DNA of 64,000 nt from Chiloscyllium plagiosum (taxonomy: Eukaryota), in contig NC_057718.1 in NCBI RefSeq assembly GCF_004010195.1, forward strand, positions 70,790,580 to 70,854,579, written 5' to 3'. The notes under the pieces were generated by a model, which was given only the letters and a program-made list of their open reading frames with translations, had not been told where the DNA came from and searched no databases. This document shows, in pieces, positions 52,931-64,000 of the stretch; position 1 is the stretch's first letter, and each line of letters opens with the position of its first letter. Both the position numbers and the translations under genes were made by a program.

Positions 52931-53450
52931 TATAACAGAAATTCACATCTTATAGCAGCTAGTTAAAACCAATTGTCTTTTGTGTTTATTGGGACAATGG
53001 AGAATACATGAAAAACAGAATTTAAGCAGTTCTTAGAGATAAGGAAATCTGGGACAGACCACCAGGAATATAACCAGTAAGTTTGGAATGAGATCATAGG
53101 AACCTGGGACTGTCCATAGGAATGTCCATCATTGATTAGGTGTCTCACAGGATTGGGTGTATGGAATAAGAGGGAAGGACATAGTGACCACACTGTATGT
53201 GATTATTGTAACACAATGTATATAAAAATGCTGTATTTCATTGTAAAAATCAGAGTGTGTCATCGAACCCTCTTCCAATCTGAGCCAAAATTTAAGGGAA
53301 TAATTGTGCTCTCACATCAAGGCCAGATTCAGGGAAGATCCTTTGGCCCTCTCCCTGCATTAACCAGTTATTGCTTGAATAAAAGTCTGCCACTTACATC
53401 CTGCTTCCCTCCTAAGTCTTCATCACCATTCATAAGGGATTCAGGATCCA
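52931..53450 (+). repeat. Solo-LTR-like repeat
   Basis: TATATAAAAA at ~53219, AATAAA at 53378; homologous to 35371-36202. Confidence 0.65.
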
Positions 53451-55925
53451 ATTGGATACACTATTGGCTTAATGGCAGGAGACAGAGAGTGGTGGTGGAG
53501 GATTGCTTTTCAGACTGGAGGCCTGTCACCAGCAGAATTCTGTAGGGATTCATGCTGGGTCCTCTTTTGTTTGTCATTTGCATAAATGATTTGGATAAGA
53601 ATATAGAAGCATGTTTGGTAAGTTTGTGGATTACACCAACTCAGGCGACTGACTGTGTGGAGTTTGCACATTCTCCCCGTGTCTGCGTGGGTTTCCTCCG
53701 GGTGCTCCGGTTTCCTCCCACAGTCCAAAGATGTGCAGGTCAGGTGAATTGGCCATGCTAAATTGCCTGTAGTGTTAGGTAAAGGGGTAAATGTACGGGA
53801 ATGGATGGGTTATGCTTCGGCGGGTCGGTGTGGACTTGTTGGGCCGAAGGGCCTGTTTCCACACTGTAAGTAATCTAATCTAATCTAAAATTGGAGGAAT
53901 AGTAGACAGTGAAGAAGTTTTTCTAAGATAACTAAGGATCTTGATCATAAGGGTCAATGGGCTAAACAAATGCAATCTGGATAAATGTCAGGTATTGCAT
54001 TTTGGTACAACAAACAAGGGTAGGGTTTATACAATTAATAGTAGGACCTTAGATAATATTATAGAACCTAAGGATGCAGGTACATTTTTCTTTGAAGTTT
54101 GTGTCACACATAGACAGAGTGGTTAAAAGGCATTTGGCATGCTTGCCTTCATTGCTCAATCCTTTGAATGTAGGAATTGAGAAGTCACGTTGAAGTTGTA
54201 CAGGATATTGGTGAGGGTTTTTCTGGAATACTTCGTCCAGTTCTGATTGCCCAGTTATAGGAAGGATATTATTAAGCTGGAGAGGGTTCAGAAGATCTTT
54301 ACCAGGATGTTGCCAGGTATGGAAGGTTTAAGTTGTAAAGGAAGGCTGGGACATTTTTCCACTGGAGCTTAGGAGGTTGAGAAGGCAACCTTATGGAAGT
54401 TCACAAAATAATGAAGAGTATAGATAGAGTTAATGGTCATTGTCTTTTCTCTAGGATGGGGATTTCAAGACTAGGGGGCACATTTTTAAGGTCTGAGGAG
54501 AGAGATTTAAGAAAGACGTGAGGGATTTTTTTTTACACAGAGGGTGGTTCTCATATGGAATGAACTTCCTGAGGAAGTGGTGGATGTGGGTTTAAAAGAA
54601 GTTTGGATAAGTTCATGAACAGGAAAGGTTTGGAGGAATATGGGTCAGGAGCAGGAGGTGGGACTAGTTTAGTTTGGAATTATGTTTGGCATGGACTGGT
54701 TGGACCGAATGGTCTGTTTCCATGCTGTATGACTCTTTGCCATTCTTATACCCTTTATCAAGTTTTTTTAAAAATCGGCCTGATTTTTCCATTGTTGTCA
54801 AGCTCAGGGAAAAGCGACATCAACAGCACGAACAGTACCACTATGATTGGTTTTGTCGTACAGCAGGGAGGGTCCAAGATACAGAACTGGCTCAAAGGTA
54901 GAAGACAGAAGGTGGTGGTGGAGGGTTGTTTTTCAGACTGGAGGCCTGACCAATGGAGTGCCACAAGGATCGGTGCTGTGTCACTTCTTTTCGTCATTTA
55001 TATAACTGAGTTGGATGTGAGCATAAGAGGTACAATTTTGCAGATTTTGGACCAATATTGGAGGTGCAGTGGACAGAGAAGAAAGTTACTTCAGATTACA
55101 AATGGATCTTGATCAGATGGGCCAATGGGCTGAGATGTGGCAGATAGAGTTTAATTTAGATAAATGTGAGGTGCTGCATTTTGGGAAGGCGAATCTTAGC
55201 AAGACTTATACACTTAATGGTAAGGTCCTGGGGAGTGTTGCCGAACAAAGAGACCTTGGAGTGCAGGTAGATAGGATAATGAAGAAGGTGTTTGGTATGC
55301 TTTCCTTTATTAGTCAGAGTATTGAGTACAGGAGTTGGGAGGTCATGTTGTGGCTGTACAAGACATTGGTTAGGCCACTGTTGGAATATTGCTTGCAATT
55401 CTGGTCTCCTTCCTATTGGAAAGACGTTGTGAAAATTGAAAGAGTTCAGAAAAGATTTGCAAGAATGTTACCAGGGTTGGAGAATTTGAGCAAAAGGGAG
55501 AGGCTGAACAAGCTGGAGCTGTTTTCCATGGTGCATTGGAGGCTGAGGGATAACGTTATAGAGTTTTATAAAATCCTGAGGGGCATGGATAGAATAAATA
55601 GACAAAGTCTTCTCCCTGAGGTGGGGGAGTCCAGAACTAGAGGGCATAGGTTTAGGTTGAGAGGGGAAAGATATAAAAGAGACCTGAAGGGCAATTTTTC
55701 ACACAGAGGGTGGTGAAATGAGCTGCCAGAGGAAGTGGTAGAGATTAGTACAATTGCAATATTTAAAAGACATTTGGATGGGTGTATGAATGGGAAGGGT
55801 TAGGAGGGATATGGGCTGGGTGCTAGAAGGTGGGACTAGATTGGGTTAGGATATCTGGTCAGCATGGACGGGTTGGACCGAAGAGTCTGTTTCCATGCTG
55901 TACATCCCAATGACTCTTTGACTCT
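53450..55925 (+). mobile_element. Two consecutive CR1 3' halves (53450-54740 and 54860-55925)
   Basis: ORF 55069-55716 and repeated RT and 3' UTR motifs. Confidence 0.92.
53640..53888 (+). mobile_element. HE1 V-SINE, 5'-truncated, inside a CR1
   Basis: V-domain and (AATCT)n tail. Confidence 0.93.
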
Positions 55926-56099
55926 ACGGTGTAGGTGTGGAGTATCCTTTGATAACCTTCCTCACTATCCACAATTCCACCAATTTTTGTGTCATCTGCA
56001 AATGCACTAATCAATTTGCAAGCTTACTAATCTGTAATCAGGGATGGAGCAATTTTTAGCAATGAAGAGGGAGTGGAAAAGCTCAGGTTGTTTTCTACA

Positions 56100-56962
56100 G
56101 AGAAAGTGAGGACTGAAGATGCTGGAGATCAGAGTCGAAGAGTGTGGTGCTGGAAAAGCACAGCCAGTCAGGCAGTATCAGAGGAGCAGGAGAGTCAACG
56201 TTTCGGGCATAAGTCCTTCATCAAGAATGAGACTTGTGGGCCAAGGAGGCTGCGAGATAAATGGGAGGGGGTGGGGCTGGGGGGGAAGGCAGCTGGGAAA
56301 AAGCCCCAAAGCTTTTCAGCCTCTTTGATCCAAAGCATCTGTCAGAAATTTATCTATTCTTCCACACACGTCATCTACTGCATCCATTGCACCTGATGTG
56401 GTCTCCTCTACATTGGAGAGACAGGACGCCAATCGTTTCAGAGAAAATCTCTGGGACACCCGCACTAAGCAGCCCTACTGCCCTGTGGCTAAACACTTTA
56501 ACTCTTCGTCCCACTCCGCCAAGGACAAGAGGTCCTGGACATCTTCCATCACCAAATCCTAACCACCCGACACCTGGAGAAAGAACGCTTCATCTTCCGC
56601 CTTGGGACCTTAAACCACATGGGATCAATGTAGATTTCACCAGGTTCCCAATTCCCCTCCCCCAACCTTATCCCAGTCCCAACTTTCCAACTCGGCACCA
56701 TCCTCTTGAATAGTCCTAACTATCCATCTCCCTTCCCATCTATCTGCTCCATACTCCTCTCTGATCTATCACTTTCACCCCCATCTTCACTTACCTATCT
56801 TATTTCCAGCTGCCCGCCACCAGCCCCGCCTCCTCCCATTTATTATCTCTCAGTCCCTTTGGCCCAGAAGCTTCATTCCTGGTGAAGGGCTTGTGCCCAA
56901 CTCTCCTGCTCCTCGGATGCTGCCTGACTGGCTGTGCTTTTCCAGCACCACAATCTTCGACT
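56100..56962 (+). mobile_element. PLE 3' fragment with inverted terminal repeat
   Basis: 56100-56300 is the reverse complement of ~56810-56962; VIYCIHCT..LLYIGETGR lies between. Confidence 0.9.
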
Positions 56963-57346
56963 CTGTTTTCTATGGAACAGAGAAAGCTGACAGCGGCCTG
57001 ATGAGATGTATAAGATTACAAGAGGCATGGACAGGGTGAATAGGAAGCTTCTCTCCTTAGTTGAAGAGTCAATTTTAAAGGTGAAAGGATGTTTAGAGGG
57101 GATTTGAGAAAATTTCATTCAGAGGGTGGTGAAAATCTGGAATGAATTGTTTGGGAGGGTGATTGAGGTGGGAATCCTCATAACCTTAAAAAAGTACTTG
57201 GATGAGCACTTGAAGTGTAATAACCCATGGGCCAAGTGCTGGAAACTGGACTGATGCAAATTTAGAATCATTTTCTTTCAGTGATTCTAGTCCAAGTATA
57301 TCAAACCTTGAATAATGAAAAACAAGTATAAATTGGACATTTCGCA

Positions 57347-57396
57347 TTTATTTAAAAACTTCCAACAATAAAACAATGTTGTACATTGTATTTATT
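57347..57396 (-). promoter_or_regulatory. Candidate DYNLT1 polyadenylation signals
   Basis: AATAAA on the minus strand at 57391-57396 and 57347-57352, about 190-235 nt after the stop codon. Confidence 0.7.
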
Positions 57397-57582
57397 TTTT
57401 TAGCAGTATAGTTTAAACCAATGCCACATCAAACTGCACCAAAACAAAACATTGAACTGAGATACTGCACTGTACAGTAAAGGAACATATACTAACTGTA
57501 GTTCAGTTTGCTGAGGATGTTGTACCATAGTAGTGTTTCACATATACAAGTTTGAGGAAGAGGTCTGGTAGCATTCTAGGTT

Positions 57583-57653
57583 TTAGATGCCTAGCCCAAA
57601 GACGCTGACTATACAAAACATCGTCTTATTCTCCCATCTCACAGTGCAGCTTC
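57583..57653 (-). CDS. DYNLT1: Dynein light chain Tctex-type 1, last coding exon
   Basis: Minus strand reads ctcttacttgttttcag|GA AGC TGC..., giving (G)[22 protein letters not shown]. This matches the DYNLT1 C-terminus [23 protein letters not shown]. Phase is compatible with the upstream exon. Confidence 0.97.
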
Positions 57654-59914
57654 CTGAAAACAAGTAAGAGAGGAGGTGAAAATTCTTTTATTGCAAGGAT
57701 CATACAAGTAGAAGCAATTTAAAGTAGAACTAGTCAATACACTACAAATTTGACAAGAATTTTTGTTTTTCTCTAAATACACCATGCAGCAATTGCAGAA
57801 AGGAGCCTGTCTTGATTTAGCACTTGCACGTGCAATGATCTAACCACAAGGTAATCCTAGATTTGCTCTTACTCCATATTCATTGCAATTCTACAGTCAA
57901 GCAACTGGCATTAAGTCAGACTCTCATCCTATAAGCACCTTGAGTAGTGAACTCTTCCAACCTACTGCAACTACATTTCATATTTTAATTATTAAATACG
58001 TTAAGGATCAATAAACAGCATAACATATAATCATACATTAGATATACCAAAGCTATTTCATAGTTTTCATACAAAACAGATGCATGTGTGTACTGATGCT
58101 CACAGATACATAATAAACAGAGAATCCAGCTATTTTTATTCATTGCGTGGGGATTGCTGGCAATGCCAGCATTTGTTGCCCTTTAAGTGATTGGCTCTTC
58201 AGGCCATTTCTGAGGGCAGTTGAAGGTCAGCCACGTTTCTGTGGATCTGAAGGCACATGAATGCCAAAACAGGTAAGAACATAGGATTTCCTTCCCTAGA
58301 GTAGATTAGTGAACCAAATGTGTCAACAATCGACAATTAGAATAGCTTTTTTAATTCTAGATTTTATCAAATACACATTTCACTGTGGCATACAGGGATT
58401 TGAACATATTTGTAAAGCATTGTCAGGAATGGAGAGGAACTTGCACAGGAGAGGCAAAAAATTCAAGATCTACGTGGGTATGATCTCTCTGAACTATTTT
58501 TCCCCTGCGAAGACATCTAAGATGCATGTGTGGTAGTAACTTTTGAAACCAGAATGGCTTTGGCATGGATGCTCAGAGTGGCTGCGCAGCTTAGAGGCAA
58601 CAGTACACAATAGGTTTCAAGGGCATAGGCAGAACTAAGAAACAAATTTTATGAATGGACTATGAGGAGTTAGATGCTATACTGAAAATAAACACAAGAC
58701 AAAATTCTTTATCTAAATGTGTGCAATATTCATAACAAGACTCATGAATTAATGGGCCAAATAGAAATGAAAGGGAATAAAATGACAACAGATGCGGTTG
58801 CACCAGTGTAAAAATGCTATCTTTTAATTTTTTCTGTGTTTTTGATTGTGTGGACTGAAATGGGAAAAGACTGATTTCAAAATACAAAGGTTGTTGAAGA
58901 AAATCAAGTTACCCGACACTCATTTAAATGTTGCTTACATAGCTGCAGGTGGGGTAGGAGGTCTGCATGTTTTAGTTACAGACGAATTGGAACTAAAGGA
59001 CTGGATTTGTTCAGTAAGTCACTGATTGATATATGGGCAAGTGACCAGTTACTGATAATAAAGGGCGGAGGTGGGTACTGCAGATGCTGGAGATTAGAGT
59101 CAAGAGTAAAGTGGTGCTGGAAAAGCACAGCAGGTTAGGCAGCATCCGAGGAGCAGGAAAATCGATGTTTCAGTCAAAAGCCCTTCATCATTGATAACAA
59201 AGGACTCCTGTCTGCCAACAATTATCTGATTGATTCCCTGGTAGCAGAATAGCTTGGGAATCGTGAATATCTTGGTAAAGTAAATCAGACCTTTGGAATT
59301 GAAAGAGCTATGTTTCTGCTCCATATTAAAAAGCATCACAAGCCTGAAAATAGCCAGTTTATTTTCCCTCATCCATTGCTGTAGCTGTTATTTTAATTAT
59401 AAATCCTTATAAGTATGAACTAGTGTCTCCTATAAACAAGTGAAAGTATTTGGAGAAGGAAGATCAAAAAACAGCATTCTGATCGGCACAAGAACTATTT
59501 AGGTAAACATGGGATTTCAGGGCAGAGGGAGAAGGAAAGAAGTTTGGATTTTCCAAGAGATAAAATAAAGTAATAAAGTCTCTAGGAGATGTTTGGATAA
59601 TAGAACAGAGTGGATGGAAGACAAATTTATTGATTGAACAAAGAAAAATGGAGAAACAAGTTATGTGCAGGACACAGAACCTGTAAAAGAATATAGTTAG
59701 GTTAAGTGAATGGGTAAATACTAGGCAGATGGAGTATTTGAGAAAATGAGATTGCCCACTTCTGAAAGAACAGAAAAACAAAATATTAATTCAGTGGAGA
59801 GAGACTACATAATGCCGCAAGACGAAGGATGTTCTTGCGTTTGAATAAACAAAAATGTGGTAACAGTGAATAATTAGGAATGCAAATTATATTTTGCCCT
59901 TTATGGGAAAGGAG

Positions 59915-61165
59915 AGTCATTGAGTCACAGACATGTACAGCACTGAAACAGACCCTTCAGTCCAACCCATCCATGTTGACCAGATATCCCCACCCAAACT
60001 AGTCGCACCTGCCAGCACCTGGCCCATATCCCTCCAAACACTTCGTATTCATATACCCATCCAAATGCCTCTTAAATGTTGCAATTGTACCAGCCTCCAC
60101 CACTTCCTCTGGCAGCTCATTCCATAGACGTACCACCCTCTGTGAGAAAACGTTGCCCCTTAGGTCTCTTTTATATCTTTCCCCTCACACCCGAAACCTA
60201 TGCCCTCTAGTTCTGGACTCCCCCACCCGAGGGAAGAGACTTTGTCTATTTATCCTATCTATGCCCCTCATGATTTTGTAAATCTCTATAAGGTCACCCC
60301 TCAGCCTGTGACGCTCCAGGGAAAACAGCTTCAGCCTATTCAACCTCTCCCTATACCTCAAACCCTTCAATCCTGGCAATGTCCTTGCAAATCTTTTCTG
60401 AACCCTTTCAAGTTTCACAACATCTTTCCGATAGGAGGGAGACTAGAATTGCATGCAATATTCCAACAGTGGCCTAACCAATATCCTGTATAACTGCAAC
60501 ATAACCTCCCAACCCCTGTACTCAATACTCTGACTAATAAAGGAAAGCATACCAAACGCCTTCTTCACTATCCTATCTGCCTGCGACTCTACTTTCAAGG
60601 AGCTATGAACCTGCACTCCTAGGTCTCTTTGTTCAGCAACACACCCTAGGACCTTACTATTAAGTATATAAGTCTTGCTAAGATTCGCCTTCCCAAAATG
60701 CAGCACCTCAAATTTATCTAAATCAAACTCTATCTGCCACATCTCAGCTTATTGGCCCATCTGATCAAGATCCTTTTGTAATCTGAGGTAACCTTCTTCG
60801 CTGTCCATTACACCTCCAATTTTAGTGTCATTTGCAAACTTACTAACTATACCTCTTACGCTCACATTCAAATCATTTATATAAATGATGAAAATTAGTG
60901 GACCCAGCACCGAGCCTTGGGGCACTCCACTGGTCACAGGCCTCCAGTCTGAAAAACAACCCTCCACCAGCACCTTGTCTTCTACCTTTGAGCCAGTTCT
61001 GTCTCCAAATGGTTAGTTTTCCCTATATTCCATGAGATCTAACCTTGTTAACCAGTTTCCCATGGGGAACCTTGTCGAACGCCTTACTGAAGTCCATATA
61101 GATCACGTCTACCTCTCTGCCCTCATCAATCCTCTTTGTTACTTATTTTAAAAATCCAATCAATG
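59915..61165 (-). mobile_element. Relatively young CR1 3' half in the last DYNLT1 intron
   Basis: ORFs 60185-60973: GVPQGSVLGP, KFANDTK, LLEYCMQF. Confidence 0.95.
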
Positions 61166-61204
61166 AATATAAAAGTAATGTAGTCTTGCAATGCTATTAG
61201 TGAG

Positions 61205-61363
61205 GAGAAAGTGAGGGTTGCAGATGCTGGAAATCAGAGTCAAGAGTGTGGTGCTGGAAAAGCACAGCAGATCAGGCAGCATCCAAGGAGCATCAGAATC
61301 GATGTTTCAGGCAAAAGCCCTTCAACCTGACCTGCTGTGCTTTTCCAGCACCACATTCTCGAC
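61205..61363. mobile_element. Fold-back PLE-terminus insertion
   Basis: TSD tgctattagtgag (61192-61204 and 61364-61376). Confidence 0.92.
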
Positions 61364-61554
61364 TGCTATTAGTGAGACCACACCGAAAGCATGGAATACA
61401 GTTTTGTTCTCTTTATTTGTTCTCTAACTGCATTTTAGAGAAGATTCATTAGGTTAATTCCTGGGTCATGTTCCCCCCAATTATTTTTTCTGCTGTGCAG
61501 ACATCCAAGGGTCTGTGTATAGCAGTAATTTCTGCATTTGAAATTGAGCCATGG

Positions 61555-61812
61555 TGGCTCAAAGGTTAATTGCAGAGTCTCTCCATGTCTGCATGGGTTT
61601 CCTCCCACAATCCAAAGATGTGAGGGTTAGGTGGATTGGTAATGCTAAATTGCCCATATTGGCCAGGGATGTATAGGTTAAATGGAAATGCAATGTTACA
61701 GGGGATAGGATAGGAGGGAATGAGGTCCAGCTGGGATGCTTTGCAGAGGGTTGGTGTAGGCACAATGGGCCTAATCTCCTGCTTCCACACTGTCAGGATT
61801 CTATGATTCTAG
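61555..61812 (+). mobile_element. HE1 V-SINE, degraded
   Basis: V-domain remnant and tail. Confidence 0.8.
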
Positions 61813-62362
61813 CATGCCAATCACCATCCACAAGACCACTGAGATGCACAGCTTAGCGGAATGCTGTTTATGGGACAAAGGTTTTATGTGGAAAAGTTGA
61901 GGTCGGGTCAATAATAACTGTAGTTTAGAAGAATAATTTGTGATATGATTCAAACACAGAAGATTCTGAGGGGACTTGATTCAAGGTTGGTGCTGAGAGG
62001 AAGCTGCCTTCATGGGATAAACAACCATTAGCATTGTTTTATAATAAAGGGTCTCCCATTCCAAACAGGCACTGGCCAAATTTTCTTGAATGGTGGAGCA
62101 GGCTTGAGGGCCAAATTGTTTTCCCCTTCTATTTCTATGAACTAGATGCTGAATTTCAAATACAGTTCAACTCGCTCACTTTGTGACAAATCAATGTTGG
62201 ATGCGAAAAGGAATAGAAGGTGGAAATACTCAGTAATTTCATTTACACAGCATGTTCTGTTGAAACATTTCAAAGCACTATAACAAAATCATTATGTTCC
62301 AAAAATGTATACTAGGTAAACAGCAGATTCTATTTAACTAGATTTACTCAGATAATACTCAC

Positions 62363-62440
62363 CATCAGCATTATTATCCCAGTAACAGGAACTAGCTGTG
62401 TGCAAACCAGCACCATTCTTTTGCATTATTACAGAGGTCA
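62363..62440 (-). CDS. DYNLT1: Dynein light chain Tctex-type 1, penultimate coding exon (78 nt)
   Basis: tttccttcag|TG ACC TCT ... GAT G|gtgagt, giving (V)[25 protein letters not shown](G). The [15 protein letters not shown] motif is DYNLT1, not DYNLT3. Canonical splice sites. Earlier exons are not seen in the window. Confidence 0.97.
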
Positions 62441-62639
62441 CTGAAGGAAAATTCAAATTAAGTTGAGTTAACATCCAAAATGTTAAAAACATTGTTCACA
62501 TTTGGAAAAGATCTAGGACACCACAATATTTAGCAATTACTGCACTATTTTATGGTCGCAATTTAACATCTTTCCAACAGGTTCGATAAAAAAAATGACA
62601 AAACAACATAATTGCAAGCAATCAAGTTAAAATTGTTAA

Positions 62640-64000
62640 AGAAGCTGTTTTAAGTCTGTCCAAGAGAAAGGCTGCAGTAGTGACTATAGTGGATTCTTTC
62701 TTGATTATATGTTTTTGGAGATAAGTCTCTTGATTAAACTTAAAATATAAGCCATAACTATTAATTTAAGCTGGGGCAGTGTTTGTGGAGGAATAGGATG
62801 GTGTTATTTTCTGGGTCTGTAGACTGTGAAGGAGCAAAAATGGCCTTTGCAGTGATATGTACTTCTTGTCAGATGTGGGAGTTTAAAGAGAGTTTAAGGG
62901 TTACTGCAGATTATATCTGCCATAAATGCTGTTGGATGCGAAACTTATCAGATCGAATGGNNNNNNNNNNNNNNNNNNNNNNNNNNNNNNNNNNNNNNNN
63001 NNNNNNNNNNNNNNNNNNNNNNNNNNNNNNNNNNNNNNNNNNNNNNNNNNNNNNNNNNNNNNNNNNNNNNNNNNNNNNNNNNNNNNNNNNNNNNNNNNNN
63101 NNNNNNNNNNNNNNNNNNNNNNNNNNNNNNNNNNNNNNNNNNNNNNNNNNNNNNNNNNNNNNNNNNNNNNNNNNNNNNNNNNNNNNNNNNNNNNNNNNNN
63201 NNNNNNNNNNNNNNNNNNNNNNNNNNNNNNNNNNNNNNNNNNNNNNNNNNNNNNNNNNNNNNNNNNNNNNNNNNNNNNNNNNNNNNNNNNNNNNNNNNNN
63301 NNNNNNNNNNNNNNNNNNNNNNNNNNNNNNNNNNNNNNNNNNNNNNNNNNNNNNNNNNNNNNNNNNNNNNNNNNNNNNNNNNNNNNNNNNNNNNNNNNNN
63401 NNNNNNNNNNNNNNNNNNNNNNNNNNNNNNNNNNNNNNNNNNNNNNNNNNNNNNNNNNNNNNNNNNNNNNNNNNNNNNNNNNNNNNNNNNNNNNNNNNNN
63501 NNNNNNNNNNNNNNNNNNNNNNNNNNNNNNNNNNNNNNNNNNNNNNNNNNNNNNNNNNNNNNNNNNNNNNNNNNNNNNNNNNNNNNNNNNNNNNNNNNNN
63601 NNNNNNNNNNNNNNNNNNNNNNNNNNNNNNNNNNNNNNNNNNNNNNNNNNNNNNNNNNNNNNNNNNNNNNNNNNNNNNNNNNNNNNNNNNNNNNNNNNNN
63701 NNNNNNNNNNNNNNNNNNNNNNNNNNNNNNNNNNNNNNNNNNNNNNNNNNNNNNNNNNNNNNNNNNNNNNNNNNGGATAGCATTACAGCTGTGCTGAGGG
63801 AGGATATTCCTGGAAATACATCCAGGGAAGTTATTTGAGTGGAACTGAGAAATAAGAAAGGGATGATCACCTTATTGGGATTGTATTATAGACCCCCAAT
63901 TGTCAGAGGGAAATTATGAAACAAACTTGTAAGGAGATCTCAGCTATCTGTAAGAATAATAGGGTAGTTATGGTATGGAATTTTAACTTTCCAAAACAAT
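62640..64000 (+). mobile_element. CR1 5' end (UTR, ORF1 zinc finger, gap, endonuclease), antisense to DYNLT1 and upstream of its penultimate exon
   Basis: MAFAVICTSCQMWEF...DYICHKC before the gap; ELRNKKGMITLLGLYYRPP after it. Confidence 0.9.

Noticed and set aside
62783..63870. Long ORFs spanning N runs (also at 13049-13521 and 29496-29945)
   Set aside because: Their length is an artefact of assembly gaps.
1..64000. CRISPR array or prokaryotic operon
   Set aside because: Vertebrate DNA; the recurring motifs are dispersed retroelement ends, not regularly spaced repeats.

Overview
Repeat-dense cartilaginous-fish genomic DNA. The organism is inferred from HE1 V-SINEs, HER1/CR1 LINEs and Penelope-like elements (PLEs); the species cannot be determined, and there are three N gaps. 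The only host gene I can identify is DYNLT1 (Tctex-1) on the minus strand, with its last two coding exons at 62363-62440 and 57583-57653. The rest is nested retroelement debris: many CR1/HER1 LINE copies, a second older LINE family, two to three SINE families, Neptune-type PLEs and solo LTRs. A degraded class-I (epsilon-like, fish-type) endogenous retrovirus at about 15310-21931 keeps gag, protease, the first half of a probable CNPase-like 2H phosphoesterase domain, the RNase H C-terminus, integrase, env TM and the 3' LTR. It lacks RT, env SU and the 5' LTR. The most unusual signal is about a dozen short PLE-terminus insertions, many of them fold-back palindromes with 9-16 bp target-site duplications (TSDs). 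They carry minimal hammerhead-ribozyme cores from at least three families, and their turn-around or truncation points cluster on the ribozyme core. Repeat boundaries were read by eye and are approximate unless a TSD or splice site is quoted.
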